Source of the DNA: an uncultured Actinomycetes bacterium
GTDB lineage: Bacteria > Actinomycetota > Actinomycetes > S36-B12 > CAIYMF01
Reading direction: 5' to 3'
Length of the DNA stretch: 32,000 bases
Assembly (NCBI GenBank): GCA_963843975.1
Contig: CAWJMG010000003.1
Coordinates: forward strand, 1,380,001-1,412,000
The position numbers and the translations under genes are program-made. Every line of letters begins with the position of its first letter. Positions within the stretch are counted from its first letter, which is position 1. The notes below the pieces were generated by a model. The model saw nothing but the letters and a program-made list of their open reading frames with translations. It ran no database searches and was not told the DNA's origin. Positions 18,389 to 26,858 of the stretch are shown here, one piece after another.

Positions 18389-18997
18389 TCACCAGCCGTT
18401 GCGGTGCGTGAGCTCGTCCGTCGTACGACGACGGCGCGTGCGAGCCGAGGACCCGGCTGAGAGCGGATCGATCGCAGCGGCGTACCCGAGGGCGATCGCG
18501 CCCGCCGGACGGAAGTGCGGCGGCACTCCGAAGTGCTCGAGCACCGCGGCCTCGCCCTCGGAGAAGCCGAAGAACCACGCTCCCAGGTCCTCCTCGACGG
18601 CCGCCAGGAGGATGCACATCGAGGCCATGCCGGCGTCGACGTACCAGAACGGCACCGGCCACTTCGCCTCGTCGGCCAGGCCGAACTCCTCCTTGTCGGG
18701 CGCGGAGTAGCGGGCGAGGTACGCGTCCTTGTGCGCGAGCGGGATCACGACGACCGGCGCGAGCAGCGCGGTGTCGGCCTCGGTCCGCGCGTTGGTCGGG
18801 TCGTCGATGGTCGCCCAGAACCACGCGACCGCGTCAGGGTCGTCGAGCACCAGGAACTCGTTGCCCTGCGTGAACCCTGCCGACGGCGCCCGCAGCACCG
18901 AGTCGAGCACCCGCCCGAGCACGTGGGCCGGAACGGGATCCTGCGAGAACGACCGGACGGACTTACGACGCCGCAGCGCCTCCCAGAAGCCTCCATG
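18389..18997 (-). CDS. nitroreductase family protein (conserved body; true start unresolved)
   Basis: ...FWEALRRRKSVRSFSQDPVP...RAPSAGFTQGNEFLVL...WYVDAGMASMCILLAA... are nitroreductase hallmarks. There is no in-frame ATG/GTG/TTG between 19147 and the conserved core. See the finding. Confidence 0.7.
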   Translation of the reverse strand, partial: HGGFWEALRRRKSVRSFSQDPVPAHVLGRVLDSVLRAPSAGFTQGNEFLVLDDPDAVAWFWATIDDPTNARTEADTALLAPVVVIPLAHKDAYLARYSAPDKEEFGLADEAKWPVPFWYVDAGMASMCILLAAVEEDLGAWFFGFSEGEAAVLEHFGVPPHFRPAGAIALGYAAAIDPLSAGSSARTRRRRTTDELTHRNGW

Positions 18998-19035
18998 CCC
19001 CGATCCTGCCGTGTCGTGGCACTGCGGGACCGGAT

Positions 19036-19194
19036 CTACATGGGGCCGCCGGTCTGGCGCGGCCCACGGTTCGCAGACTGGTCCGTCAGCGTCTTCTGCG
19101 CGACGTCCTCGCCGCCGCCGCGCGGGCTGCGGCTGGCCTTGATCCACAGCCAGACGAAGCCCACGACCGCGATGCCCAGGATGACCCAACCCAT
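19036..19194 (-). CDS. small membrane protein, 52 aa, one TM helix
   Basis: ATG 19194 is preceded by GGGGGAA. MGWVILGIAVVGFVWLWIKASRSPRGGG..., GC3 about 48/52. The competing N-terminal extension of the nitroreductase frame has clearly lower GC3 across the same bases. Confidence 0.5.
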   Translation of the reverse strand: MGWVILGIAVVGFVWLWIKASRSPRGGGEDVAQKTLTDQSANRGPRQTGGPM

Positions 19195-19330
19195 GACCGT
19201 TCCCCCATCTGTCAGCGTCCGCCCATCGTGACGCATCTCCCCCGGATCCGCCCCTGTTCCGTCGGGCGACACGAGGGCATCGGGCCGGGAAGCGTCGGAC
19301 CCGTGGGCGACCATCCGGCGGAGCGTGGCG

Positions 19331-20086
19331 TCAGTCCCAGCGGCCGCAGCCGGCGAGGACCACCGAGGCCGCGACGGCGCCGGCGGTCGACGTACGCAGC
19401 ACGGACGGGCCGAGCCGGGCCGAGAGCGCGCCCGCGGCCTCGAAGGCCGCCTTCTCGTCGTCGGCGATCCCTCCCTCGGGGCCCACGACCAGCAGGACGT
19501 CGCCGGTGCGCGGCAGTCGCAGCGAGGCCATCCGCAGGGACGCGTCCTCGTGCAGCACGAGCGCCGTGCCGCCCGCCGCGACGGCCAAGCGGATCGACGC
19601 GACGACGTCGGCGGTGGAGGCGAGCGGCTCGACGACGGGCACGAACGGGCGCCGCGACTGCTTGGCGGCCTCGCGGGCGGTCGTGCGCCACTTCTCCACG
19701 CCGCGCTGGGCCTTCTCGCCCTTCCACACAGCGACCGACCGGGACGCGGACCACGGCACGACGACGTCGACCCCCACCTCCGTGAGCAGCTCGACGGAGA
19801 GGTCGCCGCGCTCGCCCTTCGGGATCGCCTGCACCGCAACGAGTCGCGGCGACGGCGACGGGTGCACGGCGACCGAGACCACGCGCGCCTCAAGCCGGTC
19901 GCGGCCGACGACCGCGGTCGCCTCGGCCTCCACGACTACGCCGGCGCCGTCACCGACGAGGACGACCTCGCCGACCGTGATGCGGCGTACCGAGACCGCG
20001 TGCCGTCCCTCCGCTCCCTCGAGGACGACGACGGCGCCGACCTCGCGGGGCACGCCGGAGCCGGCGAGGAAGAACGGCGCGGTCAC
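19331..20086 (-). CDS. rsmE: 16S rRNA (uracil1498-N3)-methyltransferase
   Basis: 251 aa. ...VAVQAIPKGERGDLSVELLTEVGVD...LLVVGPEGGI...LGPSVLRTSTAG are RsmE motifs. GTG start lies 7 nt after the dnaJ stop. Confidence 0.9.
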   Translation of the reverse strand: MTAPFFLAGSGVPREVGAVVVLEGAEGRHAVSVRRITVGEVVLVGDGAGVVVEAEATAVVGRDRLEARVVSVAVHPSPSPRLVAVQAIPKGERGDLSVELLTEVGVDVVVPWSASRSVAVWKGEKAQRGVEKWRTTAREAAKQSRRPFVPVVEPLASTADVVASIRLAVAAGGTALVLHEDASLRMASLRLPRTGDVLLVVGPEGGIADDEKAAFEAAGALSARLGPSVLRTSTAGAVAASVVLAGCGRWD

Positions 20087-20093
20087 GGCCGGC

Positions 20094-21221
20094 TCAGCGG
20101 CCGTTGAAGGCGTCGCGCAGGCGGGAGAAGAGGCCGCTCTGCTCGACGCGGCCTGCCTGCACGGTGGTGATCGCCGTGGTCTCGCCGCGCAGCGCGGCGA
20201 GCTGGCGGATGAGCTCCTCCTGCTGGGCGTCGAGCTTGGTCGGCGTGGCGACGTCGATGTGCACGTGCAGATCGCCGCGGCCCGAGCCGCGCAGGTGCGC
20301 GACGCCCTTCTGGCGCAGCGTCACAGTCTGCCCGGACTGCGTGCCGGACTTCACCTCGATCCGCTCGAGGCCGTCGAGCGTCTCGAGGTCGACCGCCGTG
20401 CCGAGGGTCGCGGCCGTCATCGGCAGCGTGACCGTGCAGTGCAGGTCGTCGCCCTGACGGCTGAAGATCTCGTGCGGCGTCTCGACGATCTCGAGGAACA
20501 GGTCGCCGGGCTGGCCGCCTCCGGGCCCGACCTCGCCCTCGCCCGAGAGCTGGATGCGCGTGCCGGTGTCGACGCCGGGCGGCACCTTCACCGTGATGGT
20601 TCGGCGCGTACGCACGCGGCCGTCTCCCGAGCACTCGGGGCACGGGTGCGGGATGAGCGTGCCGAAGCCCTGGCACTGCGGGCACGGGCGCGACGTCATG
20701 ACCTGGCCGAGGAACGAGCGCTGCACCGACTGGACCTCGCCGCGCCCGGCGCACATCGTGCACGTGACGACCTGGGTGTCCGGCGCGGTGCCGGCACCCG
20801 AGCAGGAACCGCAGACCACGGCGGTGTCGACGGTGATGTCGCGCGTCGAGCCGAAGGTGGCCTCCGCGAGGTCGACCTGCAGGCGGATCAGCGCGTCCTT
20901 GCCGCGGCCTCGGCGCGAGCGCGGGCCGCGCGCCTGGGTGCCGAAGAACGCGTCCATGATGTCGCCGAAGCCGAAGCCCTGGCCGCCGCCGAACCCCGCG
21001 GCCCCGCCGCGCGGGTCGCCGCCGAGGTCGTACATCTGCCGCTTGTCGGCGTCCGAGAGCACCTCGTACGCCGCGGTGACCTCCTTGAACCGGTCCTGGG
21101 TCTCCGGGTCCGGGTTGACGTCCGGGTGGAGCTCGCGCGCGAGCTTGCGGTAGGCGCGCTTGATCTCCTCCGGCGTCGCGTCGCGCGCGACGCCGAGGAC
21201 GGCGTACAGGTCGGTGGCCAC
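20094..21221 (-). CDS. dnaJ: molecular chaperone DnaJ
   Basis: J domain ([31 protein letters not shown]), a G/F region and four CxxCxGxG zinc-finger repeats. 375 aa. Confidence 0.95.
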   Translation of the reverse strand: MATDLYAVLGVARDATPEEIKRAYRKLARELHPDVNPDPETQDRFKEVTAAYEVLSDADKRQMYDLGGDPRGGAAGFGGGQGFGFGDIMDAFFGTQARGPRSRRGRGKDALIRLQVDLAEATFGSTRDITVDTAVVCGSCSGAGTAPDTQVVTCTMCAGRGEVQSVQRSFLGQVMTSRPCPQCQGFGTLIPHPCPECSGDGRVRTRRTITVKVPPGVDTGTRIQLSGEGEVGPGGGQPGDLFLEIVETPHEIFSRQGDDLHCTVTLPMTAATLGTAVDLETLDGLERIEVKSGTQSGQTVTLRQKGVAHLRGSGRGDLHVHIDVATPTKLDAQQEELIRQLAALRGETTAITTVQAGRVEQSGLFSRLRDAFNGR

Positions 21222-21253
21222 AGTCTCTTCGTTCTCTCGTCAGGTTCTCGGGG

Positions 21254-22276
21254 TCACTGCTGCTCGGTGAGGATGCGGCCGACGTACCGCGCGACCGCGC
21301 GGACGGAGCCCATCGTCCCGGGGTAGTCCATGCGCGTGGGGCCGACGACGCCGAGCTGCGCGACGACGTCGTCGCCCGGCCCGTAGCCGACGGTCACGAC
21401 GGAGGTGGCCGACAGGCCCTCGACCTCGTTCTCGCGACCGATGCGGACGCTGAGGACGTCGTGCGAGCGGCTCTCGCCGAGCAGTCGCAGGAGCACCATC
21501 TGCTCCTCGAGCGCCTCGAGGACGGGGCGGACGGTGCCCGTGAAGTCCTCGCCGAAGGCGGCGAGGTTGGCGGTGCCGGCGAGCATCACGCGCTCCTCGT
21601 GCCGCTCGACCACGGTCTCGAGGAGCGAGGCGATCACTGCGGACACGGCCGGGCGCTCGTCGACGGCGAACTGCTCGACGACGTCGGCGACGCGTGCCGG
21701 GACGTCGACGAGGCGCTGACCGGTGACGCGCTCGAGGATGCGCGCGCGCAGCCGGCCGAGGAGGTCGTCGGTGATCGGGGCGCCGGTCTCGACCACGCGC
21801 TGCTCGACGCGGCCGGTGTCGGCGATGAGCACGAGCAGCACGCGCGCAGGCCCGAGCCCGACGAGCTCGATGTGCCGCACGTGCGAGCGGGTGAGCGAGG
21901 GGTACTGGATGAGCGCGACCTGGCGGGTGAGCTGCGCGAGCAGGCGCACGGAGCGCTGCATGACGTCGTCGAGGTCGACGGCTCCGTCGAGGAACGAACC
22001 GATCGCGCGACGCTCGGCAGCAGACAGAGGCTTGACCTGGCTCAGCCGGTCGACGAAGACGCGGTAGCCCTGGTCGGTGGGGACACGGCCCGCGCTCGTG
22101 TGGGGCTGGGCGATGAGCCCTTCCTCCTCGAGCGCGGCCATGTCGTTGCGGATGGTGGCCGGGCTGACGCCGAGCGCGTGGCGCTCGACCAGCGACCGCG
22201 AGCCGACGGGCTCGTGCGTCGCGACGTAGTCCTCGACGATGGCCCGCAGCACGGCCAGGCGACGATCCTCGACCAC
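21254..22276 (-). CDS. hrcA: heat-inducible transcription repressor HrcA
   Basis: GTG 22276 (SD AAAGGTGAG) within ORF 21254..22432. [33 protein letters not shown]...[16 protein letters not shown]. 340 aa. Confidence 0.95.
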   Translation of the reverse strand: MVEDRRLAVLRAIVEDYVATHEPVGSRSLVERHALGVSPATIRNDMAALEEEGLIAQPHTSAGRVPTDQGYRVFVDRLSQVKPLSAAERRAIGSFLDGAVDLDDVMQRSVRLLAQLTRQVALIQYPSLTRSHVRHIELVGLGPARVLLVLIADTGRVEQRVVETGAPITDDLLGRLRARILERVTGQRLVDVPARVADVVEQFAVDERPAVSAVIASLLETVVERHEERVMLAGTANLAAFGEDFTGTVRPVLEALEEQMVLLRLLGESRSHDVLSVRIGRENEVEGLSATSVVTVGYGPGDDVVAQLGVVGPTRMDYPGTMGSVRAVARYVGRILTEQQ

Positions 22277-22290
22277 CTGCTCACCTTTCG

Positions 22291-22317
22291 CTGGCACTCC
22301 CGTCGGACGAGTGCCAA
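22291..22317 (-). promoter_or_regulatory. CIRCE operator (HrcA binding site)
   Basis: The minus strand reads TTGGCACTC-GTCCGACGG-GAGTGCCAG, against the consensus TTAGCACTC-N9-GAGTGCTAA. It sits 15 nt upstream of the hrcA start and directly after a TAGACT -10-like hexamer. Confidence 0.85.
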
Positions 22318-22474
22318 GTCTACGTCGAAGCCGCCCGGGGCACGCCCCGAGCGCGCCACGGCGGGGCCACGAGCAGCGCGGGTCCGGGGCCGGGCCAGCC
22401 CTCGCGCCTAGGCTCGACCGCGATCGGGGCACAGCCCGTCACGGCGAGCGGGCGAGCGGCGACGGAGGACCGGG

Positions 22475-23377
22475 GTGAGCGAGGGGACGGCTACGGCAGT
22501 GCGGCGTGCGGCGTGGCAGGGATGGTTCGTCGTCGGCCTGCTGCTGTGGATCGCCACGGCCGTCGTGACCTACTGGACCGAGAACGCGACGCTGCTGCCG
22601 ACGGTGATCCTGCTCGGCAGCTTCCTCGTGCCGACCACGTTCGTCCTGTGGGCGTTCGAGACCCGCGCCGGCTCGTCGCTCTCGCCCACGACCGTGCTCA
22701 AGGCGTTCGTGGTCGGCGGCGTGCTCGGCATCCTGCTCGCGTCGATCCTCGAGACAGCGCTGCTCACCGGTGAGCGGCCGCTGCTGATGTACGCCGGGGT
22801 CGGCCTCATCGAGGAGGCGGCCAAGCTCGGCGCGCTCTGGTGGGTCGCGCGCGACGTCGTGCGGCACCCGCGACGCGACGGCATGGTGCTCGGCGCGGCC
22901 GTCGGATTCGGCTTCGCGGCGTTCGAGACCGCGGGGTACGCCTTCAACGCGCTCGTCACCCTCGACGGCTACGACCTCCGCGCGCTGCTCGAGATCGAGG
23001 TCCTCCGCAGCGTCCTGTCACCCGTCGGCCACGGGCTCTGGACCGCGGTGATCGGCGGCGCGCTGTTCGCGTCGGCGCAGGCGACCGGGCGCTTCCGGTT
23101 CACCCGCGAGCTCGTGTGGACGTACCTCGCGATGTCCGGCCTGCACGCCCTGTGGGACATGGCCGGCGGGCTCGCGGCCGTGCTCACCTGGGTCTTCACC
23201 GCGTCGGAGTGGCAGACCTCGCTGCTGCAGGCCGGGCGCCTGCCCACCCCCACCGAGCAGCAGATCCACATCAGCGGCAGCCTGACCTGGCTGCTCCTCA
23301 CCGTCGTCGCGGTCTGGGGCGTCTGGGTGCTGGGACGCCGCTGGCAGGCAGCCAAGGACGAGGACGTGACCCGGTGA
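22475..23377 (+). CDS. PrsW-family intramembrane metalloprotease
   Basis: 300 aa, multi-TM, with motifs EEAAKL (EExxK), GFGFAAFE, HGLWT and HALWD. GTG 22475 is preceded by GGAGGA. Confidence 0.8.
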   Translation: MSEGTATAVRRAAWQGWFVVGLLLWIATAVVTYWTENATLLPTVILLGSFLVPTTFVLWAFETRAGSSLSPTTVLKAFVVGGVLGILLASILETALLTGERPLLMYAGVGLIEEAAKLGALWWVARDVVRHPRRDGMVLGAAVGFGFAAFETAGYAFNALVTLDGYDLRALLEIEVLRSVLSPVGHGLWTAVIGGALFASAQATGRFRFTRELVWTYLAMSGLHALWDMAGGLAAVLTWVFTASEWQTSLLQAGRLPTPTEQQIHISGSLTWLLLTVVAVWGVWVLGRRWQAAKDEDVTR

Positions 23378-24231
23378 CCCGCGGACCCAACGACCGATAC
23401 GGCCGCGACGTGCTGTCGTCGGACCCGCACGCGCCGCGCCGCGTCGTCGTCCGCGAGGTGGAGGCCGAGCACGATCTCGTGGTCGAGTGCGCGACCAGCG
23501 GCTTCTGCGGCGCCGTGGTCGGCTTCGACAAGGGTCCGACAGGCGTGGCCGTCGTCCTCGAGGACCGCAAGGGCCTCCGGCGCCCGTTCCTGCTCCGCAC
23601 GGCCGGCTTCCTGCTCGACGGCGAGACCGTCACGCTCGTGCGACCGGCCGTCGTCGCGCCGACCGGCCCGGTGCGCACGGCGTCCGGCTCGATCGCCGTG
23701 GCGGGCGCCCGGGCACGCGTCGCCCGCGACTCGCGCATCTGGGTCGAGGGCATCCACGACGCCGAGCTCGTCGAGAAGGTGTGGGGGCACGACCTGCGTG
23801 TCGACGGCGTCGTCGTCGAGCCGCTGCACGGCGCCGACGACCTGCTCGCGGCGGTGACCGCGTTCCGCCCGAGCCGCGAGCGGCGCATCGGGGTGCTGCT
23901 CGACCATCTCGTGCCGGGCTCGAAGGAGACGCGCATCGCCGACGAGGTACGCAGACTGCACAGCCCGCACGTGGTCGTGCTCGGTCACCCGTACGTCGAC
24001 GTGTGGCAGGCCGTGCGCCCGCAGTCCCTCGGCATCGACGCATGGCCGGTCGTGCCGAAGGGGCAGCCGTGGAAGGAGGGCGTGCTCGCGGCTCTCGGCC
24101 GCCCGCACGCCACGCAGGCCGACATCGCCGACGGCTGGCGCTGGATCCTCGGTCACGTGCGCACGTACGCCGACCTCGAGCCCTCGCTGCTCGCCCGTGT
24201 CGAGGAGCTCATCGACGTCGTCACTGCGTGA
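23374..24231 (+). CDS. conserved actinobacterial hypothetical protein (possibly DUF3097 family)
   Basis: GTG 23374 overlaps the PrsW stop (GTGA), within track ORF 22840..24231. 285 aa with high GC3. The family name is from memory only. Confidence 0.6.
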   Translation: MTRGPNDRYGRDVLSSDPHAPRRVVVREVEAEHDLVVECATSGFCGAVVGFDKGPTGVAVVLEDRKGLRRPFLLRTAGFLLDGETVTLVRPAVVAPTGPVRTASGSIAVAGARARVARDSRIWVEGIHDAELVEKVWGHDLRVDGVVVEPLHGADDLLAAVTAFRPSRERRIGVLLDHLVPGSKETRIADEVRRLHSPHVVVLGHPYVDVWQAVRPQSLGIDAWPVVPKGQPWKEGVLAALGRPHATQADIADGWRWILGHVRTYADLEPSLLARVEELIDVVTA

Positions 24232-24390
24232 TCGCATGATCACGTAACGCTCAGAATCCTTGAGCCGAGCGGGCGACACCGTACGAACGTCCGATCCCAC
24301 GTCCCCCCGCACGACCTGCGTTCTCGCTACGGTCGTCCCGCAGGACCCGCGAACCTAGGCGCCCGACCGCGCGCCACCTGAGGAGAGACC

Positions 24391-24798
24391 ATGTCCGACC
24401 AGACCCCGCCCCCCGGCGACGTTCCCCCGCCGCCCCCGCCGTCGGCCCCGATGCCGCCCGCCGGTGAGCAGCCGCTGTCGCCCAGCGACGAGCGCACCTT
24501 CGCGATGCTCGGCCACCTCGGCGGCATCCTGATCGGCTTCCTGTCCGGACTCATCGCGATGCTGGTGTGGGGCAAGCGCTCCGCGTTCGTCGACGACCAG
24601 GCGAAGGAAGCCCTCAACTTCCAGATCACGCTGATCATCGGCTACGTCATCGCCTTCGTGCTGACGTTCGTGTTCATCGGCGTCTTCCTGTACTTCGCGC
24701 TCGCCATCGTGAACGTCGTCTTCTGCATCATCGCCGGCCTCGCCGCCAACAAGGGCGAGACCTACCGCTACCCCTTCACCCTGCGCCTGGTGAAGTAG
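24391..24798 (+). CDS. DUF4870 domain membrane protein with Pro-rich N-terminus
   Basis: ...DERTFAMLGHLGGIL...KRSAFVDDQAKEALNFQITL... matches the DUF4870 signature. SD GAGGAGA. Confidence 0.75.
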   Translation: MSDQTPPPGDVPPPPPPSAPMPPAGEQPLSPSDERTFAMLGHLGGILIGFLSGLIAMLVWGKRSAFVDDQAKEALNFQITLIIGYVIAFVLTFVFIGVFLYFALAIVNVVFCIIAGLAANKGETYRYPFTLRLVK

Positions 24799-24815
24799 TC
24801 ACCTGCTCGACCTCG

Positions 24816-24851
24816 TCGAGGCCCGTCCCGCAGCAGCGGGGCGGGCCTCGA
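24816..24851. terminator. bidirectional hairpin between convergent DUF4870 and hemW genes
   Basis: TCGAGGCCCGTCCCGC-agca-GCGGGGCGGGCCTCGA: a 16-bp stem with one mismatch. Confidence 0.55.
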
Positions 24852-24864
24852 TGCGTCTGCGCCT

Positions 24865-26082
24865 CTAGCCGACGAGGTCGCGCACGAGCGCGTCGGCGAG
24901 CAGGCGTCCGCGCTGGGTCAGCACCAGCCTCCCCTGCCCGAGGACCGCGGCATCGGCGAGCCCGTCAGACGCGGCCCGGACGGCCACGGCACGGCCCGCA
25001 CGGTCGAGCAGGTCGAGCGGCAGGCCCTCGGCGAGGCGTACGCGCAGCAGCACCTGCTCGACGCGTACGTCGTCCGCCGAGAGCACCTCGCGGGCCTCGG
25101 CCGGGCTCTCGCCGGCGGTGATGCGGCCGGCGTACGCCGCGGGGTGGCGGACGTTCCACCACCGCACTCCGCCCACGTGCGCGTGCGCGCCCGGGCCGAT
25201 CCCCCACCAGTCGTCGCCGCGCCAGTAGCCGAGGTTGTGCCGGCACTCGCCACCGGGGCGCGCCCAGTTGCTCACCTCGTACCAGCCGAGGCCGGCAGCG
25301 GTGAGCGCCTCGTCGGCCTGCAGGTAGCGGTCGGCCGCGACGTCGTCGTCGACGTCCGCGATCTCTCCGCGCCGCACGCGCGCTGCGAGCCTCGTGCCGT
25401 CCTCGACGATGAGCGAGTATGCCGACACGTGGTCGGCACCCGAGCCGATCGCGGCGTCGAGCGAGGCGGCGAAGTCGGCCTCCGTCTCGCCCGGTGTGGC
25501 GTAGATGAGGTCGACGTTGACGTGCTCGAAGCCGGCGGCGCGCGCCTCGCGCACGGCGGCGACCGACCTGCCCGGTGTGTGGGTGCGCTCGAGCACTCGC
25601 AGCACGTGCTGCGCGGTGCTCTGCAGCCCGAAGCTCATGCGCGTGAACCCGTCCTCGCGCAGCCTCTCGAGCGACTGCGGCGTGACGGAGTCGGGGTTGG
25701 CCTCGGTCGTCACCTCGGCGCCCGGCGCGATGCCGAACTCGTCGCGGATGGCGCCGAGGATGCGGCCGAGGTCACCGGCAGGCAGCAGCGTGGGCGTCCC
25801 GCCCCCGACGAACACCGTCTCGACCGGCAGGTCGACGTCGCCGAGCACGCGCCGGGCCAGCCGGACCTCGGCGACGGCCTGGTCGGCGTAGGTCGAGCGG
25901 CTCACGCCCGGGCCGAGCTCCTCGGCCGTGTAGGTGTTGAAGTCGCAGTAGCCGCAGCGCGTCGCGCAGAACGGCACGTGGACGTAGATGCCGAACGGCC
26001 GCGACCCCAGGCCCGCGAGCGCGTCGGGAGGCAGCGAGCCGTCGGTCGGCGCGGGATCCCCGGGGGGCGGCTGGGACGGCAC
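24865..26082 (-). CDS. hemW: radical SAM heme chaperone HemW (HemN-like, oxygen-independent coproporphyrinogen oxidase family)
   Basis: YVHVPFCATRCGYCDFNTY (CxxxCxxC radical SAM motif). 405 aa. GTG start at 26082. Confidence 0.9.
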   Translation of the reverse strand: MPSQPPPGDPAPTDGSLPPDALAGLGSRPFGIYVHVPFCATRCGYCDFNTYTAEELGPGVSRSTYADQAVAEVRLARRVLGDVDLPVETVFVGGGTPTLLPAGDLGRILGAIRDEFGIAPGAEVTTEANPDSVTPQSLERLREDGFTRMSFGLQSTAQHVLRVLERTHTPGRSVAAVREARAAGFEHVNVDLIYATPGETEADFAASLDAAIGSGADHVSAYSLIVEDGTRLAARVRRGEIADVDDDVAADRYLQADEALTAAGLGWYEVSNWARPGGECRHNLGYWRGDDWWGIGPGAHAHVGGVRWWNVRHPAAYAGRITAGESPAEAREVLSADDVRVEQVLLRVRLAEGLPLDLLDRAGRAVAVRAASDGLADAAVLGQGRLVLTQRGRLLADALVRDLVG

Positions 26083-26133
26083 GGCCCGACCCTACGTCCG
26101 TCGGCCGACGCCACCTGCCCGGGGAGCGACGAG

Positions 26134-26182
26134 GTCGTCAACCCAGGTTGACAAAAGCCCGCGTCGTCAACTTCACTTGACG
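26134..26182 (+). promoter_or_regulatory. repeated operator-like sites and leaderless-type promoter geometry upstream of the HTH / Clp_N pair
   Basis: GTCGTCAAC occurs twice (26134-26142, 26163-26171), each inside an inverted repeat: GTCAAC-N4-GTTGAC (26137-26152) and CGTCAA-N6-TTGACG (26165-26182). TTGACA at 26148-26153 lies 30 nt before ATG 26184, and there is no SD. Confidence 0.35.
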
Positions 26183-26183
26183 C

Positions 26184-26417
26184 ATGGCACCGATGACGTA
26201 CGACCCCCTCGGACCCGTCGCCGACGGCCTCGCGGCCGTGGGGGCGCTGCGCCGCCTCGCCGACCAGCTCGAGGAGGCCCAGGTCGAGCGGGCCGTGGCC
26301 GAGGGGTGGAGCTGGGCCCAGGTGGCCGAGGCGCTCGGCGTCACGAAGCAGGCCGCCCACCAGAAGCACGCCCGTCGCCTCGCGGCGGGTGCCGACCCGA
26401 GGAGGAACCATGCCTGA
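26184..26417 (+). CDS. small helix-turn-helix protein, 77 aa
   Basis: ...GWSWAQVAEALGVTKQAAHQKHARR is a typical HTH recognition segment. High GC3. Its stop overlaps the downstream ATG by 8 nt. Confidence 0.6.
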   Translation: MAPMTYDPLGPVADGLAAVGALRRLADQLEEAQVERAVAEGWSWAQVAEALGVTKQAAHQKHARRLAAGADPRRNHA

Positions 26418-26853
26418 ACGGCTCACCGCCGCCGCGCGCCGAGCAATCACCCAGGCGCAGGAGGAGGCGCTCGCCCTGGGCTCGCCCGCGATCGAGGCCG
26501 AGCACCTGCTGCTCGCCCTCGCAGCGGGTGGCGACGACGACGTGGCTACCCTCGCCGCCCACGGCCTGACCCACGTCCGGCTTCTCGAGCTGCTCGAGGA
26601 GGAGCGTGCGCGCTCGCTCGCCAGCGCCGGGGTCGAGATCCCCTCGACCGCACTCCACCGCACACTCCCCCGCCGCCGGCTCAAGCTGGGGACCTCGACC
26701 AAGGCCGTCTTGATCCGCGCCGTGCACGACTCCGTGCGGCGCAAGGGGATCAGCAGCCACGACCTCCTGCGTGCCACCGTGTGCGCCGACGCCGGCACCG
26801 TGCCGCGGATGCTGGCGATCGCGGGCGTGACCCCCGCCGACCTCGCCTCCTGA
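26410..26853 (+). CDS. stand-alone Clp N-terminal (Clp R) domain protein, 147 aa
   Basis: ATG 26410 directly follows GGAGGAACC. There are two Clp_N repeats: ...AITQAQEEALALGSPAIEAEHLLLALAAGG... and ...STKAVLIRAVHDSVRRKGISSHDLLRAT.... No AAA+ module follows. Confidence 0.8.
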   Translation: MPERLTAAARRAITQAQEEALALGSPAIEAEHLLLALAAGGDDDVATLAAHGLTHVRLLELLEEERARSLASAGVEIPSTALHRTLPRRRLKLGTSTKAVLIRAVHDSVRRKGISSHDLLRATVCADAGTVPRMLAIAGVTPADLAS

Positions 26854-26858
26854 CGACG

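Noticed and set aside
24259-24265. CTTGAGC resembling a HAIR (HspR) half-site.
   Set aside because: The second half-site (ACTCAAG after N7) is absent.
26389-26417. The HTH and Clp_N ORFs might be one gene split by a frameshift (a ClpC2-like fusion).
   Set aside because: The downstream cistron has its own ATG with a strong, correctly spaced GGAGGA and the classic 8-nt ATGNNTGA overlap. That fits designed translational coupling better than a lesion, though it cannot be excluded without orthologue comparison.
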